DNA of 63,989 nucleotides from an uncultured Gammaproteobacteria bacterium. Lineage in GTDB: Bacteria > Pseudomonadota > Gammaproteobacteria > SZUA-229. How positions within the stretch are numbered: position 1 is the first letter of the stretch; every line of letters begins with the position of its first letter. The DNA lies in the NCBI GenBank assembly GCA_963768215.1, contig CAVYHW010000075.1, positions 1-63,989 of the forward strand. Reading direction: 5' to 3'. The notes beneath the pieces were generated by a model. That model saw nothing but the letters and a program-made list of their open reading frames with translations, was not told where the DNA came from and made no database searches. Of this stretch, positions 18,682-28,712 are shown piece after piece. A program made the position numbers and the translations under genes.

Positions 18682-19209
18682 ATGTCCATGTTTAATAAAA
18701 CACTGGTCAGTATTGAATCATTCATCGACTGGAGCGGTCGCACAGTTTCCTGGCTAAGTTTATTTCTGGTGCTTGTTACTTTTATCGTCGTTATCCTAAG
18801 GTATGTTTTTGATAGTGGCTCTATTGCACTACAGGAAGTCTCAACTTATTTACATGCCTCGGTTTTTCTTATCGGCATGGCATACACCATGCAACATAAT
18901 GCACATGTTCGCGTTGATATTTTTTATGCTCGCTTTTCCAAACAGACAAAAGCCTGGATAGACCTGTTCGGCGCTGTGTTTTTGCTGTTGCCATTCATGT
19001 TATTTATCAGTTGGATTAGCTGGCAATATATAGTAGAAAGCTGGTCAGTGTTTGAAGGCTCACGTGAAGCCGGTGGACTGCCTGGCGTATTTCTATTAAA
19101 AAGCCTGATATTAGTAATGACCTTTTTGCTCAGCTTGCAGGCATTCACGCAAATCGTGCGTCATATCGAAACCATACTGTATAGAAACAGCAACCAGGAT
19201 GATGACTAA
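18682..19209 (+). CDS. TRAP transporter small permease (DctQ-like)
   Basis: 175 aa with 4 TM segments. Its stop overlaps the start of the large permease. Confidence 0.85.
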   Translation: MSMFNKTLVSIESFIDWSGRTVSWLSLFLVLVTFIVVILRYVFDSGSIALQEVSTYLHASVFLIGMAYTMQHNAHVRVDIFYARFSKQTKAWIDLFGAVFLLLPFMLFISWISWQYIVESWSVFEGSREAGGLPGVFLLKSLILVMTFLLSLQAFTQIVRHIETILYRNSNQDDD

Positions 19210-20582
19210 TGGAATACATGTCACTATATCTTTTTGCTGCTGTTTTTGTTTTGCTGTTAATTGGCTATCCGGTGGCATTTACCCTGGCGGGTACAGCCTT
19301 AATATTTACCGTAATAGGTGGGGTTACTGGTACTTTTGACCCCGCTTTTTTAGAAGCATTGCCTAATCGGTTATACGGCATCATTGGCAACCAGGTTTTA
19401 ATGGCGGTGCCTTTATTTGTTTTTATGGGTGTTATGCTGGAGCGGTCAAATATTGCTGATGAACTATTAAATACGATGTCGCGTTTATTCGGCAGCTTAC
19501 GTGGAGGGCTTGCTATATCTGTTATTCTCGTTGGTATGTTGCTTGCTGCAAGTACTGGTATTGTAGGCGCAACGGTTGTCACTATGGGACTGTTATCTTT
19601 GCCTACCATGTTAAAACATGGTTATGATGCAAAAATATCAACGGGATTGATCTGTGCTTCCGGTACGCTTGGGCAAATCATCCCGCCTTCCATCGTGCTG
19701 GTAATGTTAGGCGATGTGCTGTCTAATGCCTATCAACAGGCACAGCTTGATATGGGAATTTTTTCTCCCGAAACTATCTCTGTTGGTGACTTATTTGTTG
19801 GCGCCTTAATTCCTGGTTTGTTGCTTGTCTTTTTATATGTGCTTTATATTGTCGCTGTGGCATTACTTAATAAAGAGGCCATGCCTGCGGCAAATGAAAC
19901 CATCAAAAAGTATGACAACCATTTATTACATGATGTTGTTAAAAGTTTGTTCCCGCCAGTAGTTTTAATAGTTGCTGTTCTCGGCTCTATCATTGCCGGA
20001 CTGGCAACGCCAACCGAAGCGGCCGCCATCGGTGCTGTGGGCGCTATATTTTTAGCGCTAACAAAAAACATGTTAACACTTGAGAACATGCAGGAGGTTG
20101 TACGCAGTACCACACGTATTAGCTGCATGGTGTTTATGATCCTGATCGGCGCTGCATTATTTTCCCTGGTATTTCGCGGCTTCGAAGGCGATGAGTTCAT
20201 ACAGCAACTATTGAGTGACCTGGATGGTGGCAAGTATCATGCTTTATTTGTTGTCATGTTAGTCATGTTCCTGCTGGGTTTTGTTTTAGATTTCATTGAG
20301 ATTACATTTGTTATTGTTCCTATTGTTGGTCCGGTTTTACTTGCTATGGGCATTGACCCCGTATGGTTAGGCATTTTAATTGCCATCAACCTGCAAACTT
20401 CTTTTCTTACGCCGCCTTTTGGTTTTGCTTTATTTTATTTACGCGGGGTTGCGCCTGCAGAAATAAAAACCAGGCAGATTTATCAGGGCGTTTTACCGTT
20501 TATAGTTATCCAGCTTATTGCAATGGCAATGATTGCTTACTGGCCTATGCTCGCCACCTGGCTGCCTGCTCAAATATCCTGA
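19209..20582 (+). CDS. TRAP transporter large permease (DctM-like)
   Basis: 457 aa polytopic protein, translationally coupled to the DctQ-like gene. Confidence 0.9.
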   Translation: MEYMSLYLFAAVFVLLLIGYPVAFTLAGTALIFTVIGGVTGTFDPAFLEALPNRLYGIIGNQVLMAVPLFVFMGVMLERSNIADELLNTMSRLFGSLRGGLAISVILVGMLLAASTGIVGATVVTMGLLSLPTMLKHGYDAKISTGLICASGTLGQIIPPSIVLVMLGDVLSNAYQQAQLDMGIFSPETISVGDLFVGALIPGLLLVFLYVLYIVAVALLNKEAMPAANETIKKYDNHLLHDVVKSLFPPVVLIVAVLGSIIAGLATPTEAAAIGAVGAIFLALTKNMLTLENMQEVVRSTTRISCMVFMILIGAALFSLVFRGFEGDEFIQQLLSDLDGGKYHALFVVMLVMFLLGFVLDFIEITFVIVPIVGPVLLAMGIDPVWLGILIAINLQTSFLTPPFGFALFYLRGVAPAEIKTRQIYQGVLPFIVIQLIAMAMIAYWPMLATWLPAQIS

Positions 20583-20711
20583 TGCTGGCTAACGATTACA
20601 GGCGACTGTTTATAATGTCTTGATAACAGCGGTAATAAAGCGTAAAAAGAATTATTAGAAGTTACACAAAAAGACTACCTGATAAGTAACGAAGTTAACC
20701 GAGTTTATTGA

Positions 20712-21176
20712 ATGGCAGCGAATAAATTATATTTTATGCAACACGGGCTTGCCGTAAGTAAAACCGATAATCCTGAGCGTCCATTGTCCGAAGACGGCAT
20801 TAAACAAACCCGCGGTATCGCAAAACAGCTTCTCTCTTCAAATACGCTGATATCCAGTATTTTTCATAGCGGTAAGTTGCGTGCACAGCAAACTGCTGAA
20901 ATTATTGCCGATGCTTTAGACATAAATACTGTTTCCGTCATTGATGGTTTATCACCTAACGATGATGTAGCGTTAATCAAACAAGATTTAAATGTAGACA
21001 AAGCATTGTATGTTGGGCATTTGCCGCACCTGGAAAAATTAATCTCAAGCCTTGTAAGCGGTAAAGAAAAGCCTGAGATTATAAAATTTCAAAACAGTGC
21101 AATTGTCTGTTTAGAAAGAAATGATAGTTTGTACCATATAGTATGGTATTTGACACCACAGCTAACAAATGATTAA
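20712..21176 (+). CDS. SixA-like histidine phosphatase
   Basis: 154 aa that aligns by eye with E. coli SixA (FMQHGLA ~ FIMRHGDA, RPLSEDG, LRAQQT, GHLP). The RHG arginine is replaced by Gln. Confidence 0.6.
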   Translation: MAANKLYFMQHGLAVSKTDNPERPLSEDGIKQTRGIAKQLLSSNTLISSIFHSGKLRAQQTAEIIADALDINTVSVIDGLSPNDDVALIKQDLNVDKALYVGHLPHLEKLISSLVSGKEKPEIIKFQNSAIVCLERNDSLYHIVWYLTPQLTND

Positions 21177-21205
21177 TAACACATATACAAATTAATTCAT
21201 TCCCC

Positions 21206-23692
21206 ATGGATTTAATTTCACCTATAAATTTCATCGCACAAAAAATACTTTATTTGTGGATTAAAACAGATGTCATTACGGCGCCAGAACCTCAAATAAA
21301 AGACCAGGTAAATGACCAAATAAAAGATGACAATACAATCGTTATTTATGTGCTGGAATCAAGGGCATGGTCAGATTTACTTGTTGTTGAACATGAATGC
21401 AAAACTTTACATATAACAAAACCCCGCTCGCGAATAAAACATCAACAATTTAAAAAGTGGCATCATGTTTATACCGTGGCGCAGGCGCAACCGCTTAAAG
21501 CCTGGTTGCAGAGCAAAGCTAAACATTCAAGAATGTTAAGTGATATGCACCAGGTGTTAATTAACAATGCCGATCTTGATGTACACTTTGTTCCGGTGGT
21601 TGTGTTTTGGGGTCGGCCGGTATTAAAGCAGAAGCACTGGCTGCGAGTTCTGTTCTCTGAGACATGGGGATTCGCCGGGCGGACCCGCCGCTTCTTTACC
21701 ATTTTGTTCAATGGCAAAAGCACTTTAATTCAATTCTCTCCAGCCATTTCTTTTCGTCAGTTAATTAATAACACGCCACAACAGGAAAGCAGTGTCGATA
21801 ACTTACAGGATGCGTTATCTGCACGGCTAATAGAAATTAAAGCCGCAACCCTTGGGCCCGATATATCACACCGCCGTACATTAGTACTAAAGTTATTAGA
21901 AAATGCCGACATTGTAAAAGCCATAACGAATCGATGTGCAAAAGATAATATTACACACTACGAGGCAACAAAAATTGCGCATGCCTATCTGAATGAAATT
22001 GTTGCTGATCGCAGTTACATCACTATTCAAATATTACAGCGAATATTGACTACGTTCTGGAACAGGTTTTATTCAGGCATCAATATCAATTTCAGTGACA
22101 GGCTGCATCAGCTGGCGCTGTCCCATGAAATGGTTTACGTTCCCTGTCACCGGAGCCATATAGACTATTTATTGCTTTCGTATGTGATACACAAAGAAGG
22201 CCTGGCCATTCCCTACATCGCCGCAGGTAAAAATCTGAACATGCCGATTATCGGCCCGGTGTTAAGAAAAGGCGGTGCATTTTTTATTCGCCGCAGTTTC
22301 AAGGGCAACGAGCTTTATTCAACGGTTATGTTTGAGTACCTTGCTACGCAACTTTCAACCGGCATGCCAATTGAATATTTTATCGAAGGCGGACGTAGTA
22401 GAACGGGCCGCTTACTGCAACCGAAACCCGGTATGCTGGCAATGACTATTCGCGCTTTTTTAAAATATCAGCGCCGGCCAATCGCTTTCATTCCGGTTTG
22501 CATCGGTTATGAAAAGATGATCGAAAGTAAATCATATCTTGCTGAACTTAAAGGAGATGATAAAAAATCGGAAACACTGCTTAACTCTATACGTTCCATT
22601 CTAAATATTCGTGGATTGTATGGAAGTGTCACCACCAATTTTGGTCAGCCTGTTTTATTATCAGAGATATTAAACGAACAAAATTCAAACTGGAAAAACC
22701 AGGCTTACAACGATTTGCAGCGGCCTGACTGGTTAAGCTCGACTGTTAAACAAACCTCGCAGTTGATTATGCAGCGTATTAATGAGTGTTGTGCAGTAAA
22801 CGCCATTAACTTAATCGCTACTGTTTTACTTGCTACACCTAACCAGGCAGTGGATGAAGGCGAATTAGTTCGCACATTGTCTTTTTACACAAGTTTAATT
22901 AAAAGCCTGAATTACTCCGACAGTATCACCTTGCCACATTATGAAGCGCACAGTCAGATACATCATGCCGAGGCCCTGGGCCTGGTGCGCAGGCGTAAGC
23001 ACGAAATGGGAGACTTTATTTACCTGGATAATGCGCATGCCATAATCATGACATACTATCGGAACAATGTTTTACACCTGTTTGCGATACCTTCACTCAT
23101 TGCCTGCTGCTTTATTAACTTCTCCACCCTGGATCGCGAAAAAATAATACATTATATAAAAGTCACTTATCCTTTCCTGAAGTCCGAACTATTTTTGCCA
23201 TGGCATGCTTCTGAAATAGAAAATGTAATTGACAATTTATTAAAGCATTTATCCGCCGAGAAAATATTAGTTCATAAAGAAGGCACTGATGTTTTCTGCA
23301 AACCACGCATAAGCACAGAGCAGCATGCGCAACTGTCAACACTGGCAAAGATAATTTCACCCGTACTTGAACTGTATTACATGATTTTTGCCTTGCTTGC
23401 TGAACACGGCTCCAGTACCTTGTCACGTGAGCGTCTTGAAGAACTGTGTTATCTAATGGCGCAACGGCTCTCGCTGATGTACGAAATTAACTCACCAGAC
23501 TTTTTTGATAAAAAGCTGATTGCCAATTTTATTAATTCATTAATCGAGTTAGGTTATGTAAAGTTGAATGACTCTGGTAAATTGGAATTAAGTGATACCG
23601 CATTAAATGAAGGACGCTTTGCACGCCGTTTACTAGACAGGAACATGCAGTATAATATTTTGCAAATGCTGCGCACATCTAACAACAAATAA
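21206..23692 (+). CDS. plsB: Glycerol-3-phosphate acyltransferase PlsB
   Basis: 828 aa with the H(X)4D motif VPCHRSHIDYLLLSY and FIEGGRSRTGR. Confidence 0.93.
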   Translation: MDLISPINFIAQKILYLWIKTDVITAPEPQIKDQVNDQIKDDNTIVIYVLESRAWSDLLVVEHECKTLHITKPRSRIKHQQFKKWHHVYTVAQAQPLKAWLQSKAKHSRMLSDMHQVLINNADLDVHFVPVVVFWGRPVLKQKHWLRVLFSETWGFAGRTRRFFTILFNGKSTLIQFSPAISFRQLINNTPQQESSVDNLQDALSARLIEIKAATLGPDISHRRTLVLKLLENADIVKAITNRCAKDNITHYEATKIAHAYLNEIVADRSYITIQILQRILTTFWNRFYSGININFSDRLHQLALSHEMVYVPCHRSHIDYLLLSYVIHKEGLAIPYIAAGKNLNMPIIGPVLRKGGAFFIRRSFKGNELYSTVMFEYLATQLSTGMPIEYFIEGGRSRTGRLLQPKPGMLAMTIRAFLKYQRRPIAFIPVCIGYEKMIESKSYLAELKGDDKKSETLLNSIRSILNIRGLYGSVTTNFGQPVLLSEILNEQNSNWKNQAYNDLQRPDWLSSTVKQTSQLIMQRINECCAVNAINLIATVLLATPNQAVDEGELVRTLSFYTSLIKSLNYSDSITLPHYEAHSQIHHAEALGLVRRRKHEMGDFIYLDNAHAIIMTYYRNNVLHLFAIPSLIACCFINFSTLDREKIIHYIKVTYPFLKSELFLPWHASEIENVIDNLLKHLSAEKILVHKEGTDVFCKPRISTEQHAQLSTLAKIISPVLELYYMIFALLAEHGSSTLSRERLEELCYLMAQRLSLMYEINSPDFFDKKLIANFINSLIELGYVKLNDSGKLELSDTALNEGRFARRLLDRNMQYNILQMLRTSNNK

Positions 23693-23695
23693 GAA

Positions 23696-26416
23696 ATGAC
23701 CGCTATGACTACAGCAACCGCCAATATAAAAAACCTTTATGCTAATAACCCGTGGAAAGGACGCTTAATACTAACCGTTTTAATAATTGTCATTATTTTA
23801 ACTATTATACGTGTGACGCTTTCTCCGGCAATTGTCTACAGCACAACATCCTGGTTAAAGAAGCAGGGCATCGAGTCTGCTATTGAGGAGATAAAAATTA
23901 ATTTACACGATGGCAGTATCTCGCTGGTAAATGCAAAAGGTTTTAAAGACAATGACCCTTTGTTTAATATTGGACTGATTGACATACACTGGCGTTGGGC
24001 GCCATTATCGGAAAAACAGGTAGTGGTTACAAAAGTTGTTGTTGATAAAATCGACGTTGACATAAAACAGTATACAGACGAAATTATTATTAGCGGTGTG
24101 CATATATCGCTAGGCCAGGCGTCTTCAGATGAAGCCAAACAAACTGAAGATACAAAAACCAGACCATGGGCTATTTCACTTGGTGAGCTTGTCTTAACTA
24201 ATTTTAATGTCTGTTATTTACAGCACACATCAGCGAAAGCCAACGCAACAAAAGATAATAAATTTGTTGATTATTGCGTGCAGCTGGAGGAGATGACCTG
24301 GGGTGGAACCATAAGCTACGCAACTGATGCCGGGCTTGTCGCATCGGGTGACCTGCCATTGTCCTCCAGCGGAAGTTTTGCACTCAATGGTTTTAATATT
24401 ATTGATAACAAAATCAATAAAAAATTACTTGTTTCAGAATCAAATACGCTTAGCAATGTAGTTGTGTCAGGACTGAATAAAATTCATATTGACGAGCTTG
24501 TAATGAATGGTCTTTCGGCTTTGCAACGTGAGGACAGTCAGCATCATGATGCGGTTCGTTTTCAGCAGATAGCTATTTCCGATATAAAGCTAACAACGCT
24601 TAATTCCCTTTCTGTTAAAAGTATTAAGGTAAGTAAACCGGGGTTATATATAGTCAGGCAAAACCAGTCAGACTGGGAGTATCAACAATGGGTGCCTGCA
24701 TCTGGCAAAGCTAATCAAAAGACTGATACTGACAGCAATAACACGAAGAAAGATAGCGAAGCTTTATTTAAATTTACTGTTGATAATATCAATATCGATA
24801 ATTCAGATATGTGTTACCTGGAGCAGGACAGTTCTCTATATTATTGCTTTGTGCTTGATGAGTTTAACTGGAAAGGCGCTGTTAAATTTAGCACGGAGCC
24901 ATCAGGTAGCGGTGGCCCTGCCCTGTCTGTCAGCGGCGACCTCAAGCTGTTGCACCCTAATGTGCATAACCATACACTGAAGCGAAATCTGCTTGATGTT
25001 AAATCCATAGCTGTGGCCAATCTAAATATTGCTGATATAGAGAATATTACTCTGAGTAAACTAAACGTGAAGGGTTTAAGTGCTTTACAGCGTAGTGAAA
25101 ATAAAAGTGATAACACACTGTCATTCGATGAGCTTGATATTAAAGATATAAAACATTCCACTAACAAAATTGCCATCAATACAATCAAGCTGGATGGGCT
25201 GGCCGATAAAGTTTCAAAAAACAAAGACGGAACATGGGAGCATGATAAATGGTCAACCGCTAACGATGGGTCTGTGGTTTCTAACGAAACAACAAAACGG
25301 CAGCCATCAAAAGCACAGCAAGCACCAGAAAAAAAGCCTTTTGTTATTTCTTTAAATAAGTTAAATATTAACTCTGATAAAGAGATTGCATTTACAGACA
25401 ATAGTACCGAACCGGGGATGACAGTGGGACTTCAGAGCCTGTCTTTTGATATAAGCGAGCTTCATTCAGATAAACCAGAAACAGACAGTCCTTTTAAACT
25501 GCACGCAAAAACCAGGGAACATAGCACTATTGATATTGAAGGTACTATAAAACCTTTTGCTGAAAAAGTGTCGATGGATGCGAAGGGGAAACTTAAAGGT
25601 CTGGACCTGCGCGTTGCCTCGCCTGCTGTCAAAAAGGCCATTGGCCATATAATTAAAACCGGACAATTAGATGCAGATCTGGATCTGAAAGCTGTTGAAG
25701 GTAAACTTAACAGTAATATCGCACTGTCGCTTTATCATTTTCAAATAAAATCAGTCAGTAAAGATGATGCGAAAAGACTGGACGAGAAGTTTGGCATGCC
25801 TTTAAACCAGACGCTGGTATTACTGCGCAATAAAGACGACAGTATCCATCTCGATATTCCGATCACTGGCGATGTAAATAATCCTAACTTCGATCCTATG
25901 GATGCAATTGTCAAAGCCACCTCAAAAGCAGCGACCTTTAGTTTAATTACTTTTTATACACCTTATGGGCTGATATATGCCGGTGGAAATTTAGCATTGA
26001 ATCTTGCCACTGCGCTTAACTTTGATCCGATTGAATTTGCTTCCGGTTCTTCAGAGTTGCAAACCAGCGGCAAAGAGAAGTTAGATGGACTATCAAAATT
26101 ATTAATCGAAAAGCCACAGGTGCACCTGACCCTGTGTGGCATTACCAGCAAGCAGGATGTGCTGGCTCTTTATCCTGAAGCTAAACCTGAAGCTAAGGCC
26201 AAAAATGAAAACGGAAGTGAAAAAGGGAAAAACAGGAATGCCCAGCTAACAAAAGAACAGGTTTTAAAGCTGAATCAACTGGCCAGCGAGCGGCAAATAA
26301 ACAGCAAGAATTATCTGGTTAATAAACACAGCATTGATCACAGCCGCCTGATTTTATGTGAGCCTGAATATAAAGAAGATAATGAGGGTGTTTCCGGGGT
26401 GGAGATAAATATCTAA
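23696..26416 (+). CDS. Large N-terminally anchored envelope protein (DUF748/AsmA-like) with a degenerate OmpA-like C-terminus
   Basis: 906 aa with one N-terminal TM segment and a long beta-rich repetitive body. The C-terminus reads IEFASGSSELQTSGKEKLDGLSKLL. The family call is tentative. Confidence 0.4.
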   Translation: MTAMTTATANIKNLYANNPWKGRLILTVLIIVIILTIIRVTLSPAIVYSTTSWLKKQGIESAIEEIKINLHDGSISLVNAKGFKDNDPLFNIGLIDIHWRWAPLSEKQVVVTKVVVDKIDVDIKQYTDEIIISGVHISLGQASSDEAKQTEDTKTRPWAISLGELVLTNFNVCYLQHTSAKANATKDNKFVDYCVQLEEMTWGGTISYATDAGLVASGDLPLSSSGSFALNGFNIIDNKINKKLLVSESNTLSNVVVSGLNKIHIDELVMNGLSALQREDSQHHDAVRFQQIAISDIKLTTLNSLSVKSIKVSKPGLYIVRQNQSDWEYQQWVPASGKANQKTDTDSNNTKKDSEALFKFTVDNINIDNSDMCYLEQDSSLYYCFVLDEFNWKGAVKFSTEPSGSGGPALSVSGDLKLLHPNVHNHTLKRNLLDVKSIAVANLNIADIENITLSKLNVKGLSALQRSENKSDNTLSFDELDIKDIKHSTNKIAINTIKLDGLADKVSKNKDGTWEHDKWSTANDGSVVSNETTKRQPSKAQQAPEKKPFVISLNKLNINSDKEIAFTDNSTEPGMTVGLQSLSFDISELHSDKPETDSPFKLHAKTREHSTIDIEGTIKPFAEKVSMDAKGKLKGLDLRVASPAVKKAIGHIIKTGQLDADLDLKAVEGKLNSNIALSLYHFQIKSVSKDDAKRLDEKFGMPLNQTLVLLRNKDDSIHLDIPITGDVNNPNFDPMDAIVKATSKAATFSLITFYTPYGLIYAGGNLALNLATALNFDPIEFASGSSELQTSGKEKLDGLSKLLIEKPQVHLTLCGITSKQDVLALYPEAKPEAKAKNENGSEKGKNRNAQLTKEQVLKLNQLASERQINSKNYLVNKHSIDHSRLILCEPEYKEDNEGVSGVEINI

Positions 26417-26496
26417 AAGCTGGCCTGGTTTGTTGGCGTGCATAAGCGAAGCATTGGGGTATGATGAATATTTTTTCGCACTCTGCGAGAAAACAC

Positions 26497-26663
26497 GTCA
26501 TTGCGAGCGGTAGCGTGGCAATCTCCTGGCGTCTGCCTGCCTGAGATTGCTTCGTACCTCGCAATGACGGGAGTTTCGGCTTAAGTAAGCGCCATTCGGC
26601 TAAGAGAGCAATTAACTAAAATATTAGTAACAATTACTCTTTTAGACCGGTTTACTTAAGGGG
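26497..26663. repeat. Composite palindromic repeat, family B copy 1
   Basis: One hairpin is gtcattgcgag...ctcgcaatgac (26497-26568). A second is cttaagtaag...cttacttaag. The modules gtcattgcgagcgNtagcgtggcaatct and cttaagtaagNgccatt recur at 41304-41529. Confidence 0.8.
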
Positions 26664-26676
26664 TTAACGATGATGC

Positions 26677-27030
26677 TTACATATAAACAATCTGGCTTTC
26701 ACCATTTCCTACGCTTTCTACTATTGTAATTAAAGTCAGGCCGGGATCAGTGGTTGTTGTTGATACCATCAGGTTGCCATTATTTAACGTTTCAATAGCC
26801 GCTATTACGTCGTTAACCATCGAAGTTTCGAGTTCTATGGTGGTCACAACAGTGCTGTCCATTAAAGTAAAGTCCAGATCCAGATGAGGGCTGTCAGCGG
26901 CTTCTAATAAGTCGTCTACCATTTGCCAGATATCATCGGAAACTATACCTTCGGCTGCATGATGTGAAAACGCATTTGTAGAGAATAAAAAGGCTGTTGA
27001 TACAAGTAAAGCTGCTAATAAGTTTTTCAT
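26677..27030 (-). CDS. Small secreted hypothetical protein
   Basis: 117 aa with a signal peptide MKNLLAALLVSTAFLFSTNAFS. I recognised no motif. Confidence 0.6.
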   Translation of the reverse strand: MKNLLAALLVSTAFLFSTNAFSHHAAEGIVSDDIWQMVDDLLEAADSPHLDLDFTLMDSTVVTTIELETSMVNDVIAAIETLNNGNLMVSTTTTDPGLTLITIVESVGNGESQIVYM

Positions 27031-27241
27031 GGTTTTATACCAAAATAGTTAACGTTATTATATGTAACGATAATTCTCAGCAAATGGTTCCATTTAAATT
27101 GATGTAGATTGTAATTGATTTGATGTTAATAAAATGGGCCAGGCCCAATGTGAGTGAGTTAAGCAATATCTGGTTGATATTGCTAATATAAACGCGTACA
27201 CATAATGGACTTAAGTGTACTGGTTTTAGCAGAGAGATATA

Positions 27242-27694
27242 GTGATGGATATCTCCGTTAGCATAGCAACTGTATATTTGACTATTAGGCAGATAAATAT
27301 GAACCTGAACTTTAACTTAGAGGATGCGAGCCAGGTTGCTATTGGGGCATTTGCTTTAGCTGTGCCTGTTTCATTCTCGGAAGAAGCATGGAAATTAGGC
27401 GAAACTCTTCCATTAACAAACCTGCTCCTGGTTTTTGTTTTGTCTGTTGTGTTCTTAGGTTTTTTCGCATATGAAAGCGTATTCCAGGCAAACATCAAAT
27501 ACAGAGTCTCAGTTTTTTTAATCCGGATTGTTATTGCGTACTTGATAGCGGTTTTTGTTGTATCGCTTGTTTTGATTGCGCTGGATAAATTTCCTTTGCT
27601 TACAGAGCCAGCTATTGCGTTGAAGCGTCTAATATTAGTAACAATGCCAGCATCTATGGGAGCTATCATTGTCGATAGTTTTGATAAAGAATAA
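27242..27694 (+). CDS. Small integral membrane protein (DUF2391-like). The likely start is the ATG at 27299.
   Basis: 4 predicted TM segments. The family assignment is from memory only. Confidence 0.45.
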   Translation: MMDISVSIATVYLTIRQINMNLNFNLEDASQVAIGAFALAVPVSFSEEAWKLGETLPLTNLLLVFVLSVVFLGFFAYESVFQANIKYRVSVFLIRIVIAYLIAVFVVSLVLIALDKFPLLTEPAIALKRLILVTMPASMGAIIVDSFDKE

Positions 27695-27736
27695 ATGCCT
27701 GGCCAAATATAAACATAGCGAACAAATCCTGACACT

Positions 27737-28081
27737 ATGATTAAAATCTATATCGTCGTAACTATGGTTGTGTTTCTTATCACTGCTTGCACAAGCACCG
27801 TAGAACAGGCAAATGAGCCCGGGTAAACTAAGTCTGCTGAATACACATGTGAAAATGGAAAGAAACTGAACTTAAGCTATTACACTACAGCAGAAAAAGT
27901 TCACCATGCTCGAATACAGTTTGAAGGTGCTCAATATAATTTACAAAGAGTTCCTTCAGCTTCCGGTGAAAAATATAGCAGTGGAAAATATACCTGGTGG
28001 GCAAAAGGCCCTTCTGGTTTCCTTGAAATTGACGATTTATTAACAATGAGAAGCTGCGTCCTCATGAATTATCCGAGTTAG
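27737..28081 (+). pseudogene. MliC-like lipoprotein (lysozyme inhibitor family) interrupted by an in-frame TAA at 27824
   Basis: The same frame reads MIKIYIVVTMVVFLITAC(lipobox)TSTVEQANEPG*TKSAEYTCENGKKLNLSYY...GEKYSSGKYTWWAKG... Confidence 0.6.
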
Positions 28082-28092
28082 GAAATATAACA

Positions 28093-28644
28093 ATGGGCCA
28101 ACGATATTCTGAAATTTCCGATAAGCTGAAACAGTTTATCGAAGATCAAAAAATATTCTTTGTAGGTACGGCAACTGCTGACGGACGAGTTAATATATCG
28201 CCAAAAGGAATGGATTGTTTACGGGTCCTTGGTAACAACCGGGTTGTGTGGCTAAACGTGACAGGAAGTGGAAATGAAACATCTGCCCATATTCAGGAAA
28301 ACCCTCGAATGACAATAATGTTTGACGCTTTCAATGCAAACCCAATGATCCTGCGTCTTTATGGCAATGCAACTGTGGTCCATAAAAATGATTCACAGTG
28401 GGATGAATTATATTCCTTGTTCAATCCTGTTCCCGGCGCAAGACAGGTGTTCGGTGTTACGGTTGACCTTGTTCAGACATCCTGTGGCATGGCGGTGCCA
28501 TTATTTGATTTTATTGAAGACAGGCAACAGCTCAATCAATGGGCTTCCAGGAAAGGTGATGCTGGAATAAAGGAATACTGGTTAGAGAAAAACCGGGTAA
28601 GCCTAGACGGCAAGCCTACGCATATCAAAAATAAAAATACATGA
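28093..28644 (+). CDS. Pyridoxamine 5'-phosphate oxidase-family (FMN-binding split barrel) protein
   Basis: 183 aa with FFVGTATADGRVNISPKG...NVTGSGNETSAHI. Confidence 0.7.
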   Translation: MGQRYSEISDKLKQFIEDQKIFFVGTATADGRVNISPKGMDCLRVLGNNRVVWLNVTGSGNETSAHIQENPRMTIMFDAFNANPMILRLYGNATVVHKNDSQWDELYSLFNPVPGARQVFGVTVDLVQTSCGMAVPLFDFIEDRQQLNQWASRKGDAGIKEYWLEKNRVSLDGKPTHIKNKNT

Positions 28645-28695
28645 GACATTACGGCGTATCATTGCTGGGTACGCCTGGTTCATGTCTCGATTGAG
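28643..28695. repeat. Hairpin repeat, family F short copy
   Basis: gagacat...atgtctc. The reverse complement resembles 48237-48290 (ctcaatcgagacatgaa..gg.tacccacc.aatg). Confidence 0.6.
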
Positions 28696-28712
28696 TTTAA
28701 TGCATTACCTGA

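Noticed and set aside
27226-27735. 169-aa minus-strand ORF overlapping the small membrane protein gene
   Set aside because: The plus-strand frame gives four clean TM helices. The minus-strand product is a compositionally odd mirror. Only one of the two can be real, and the plus-strand frame is more protein-like.
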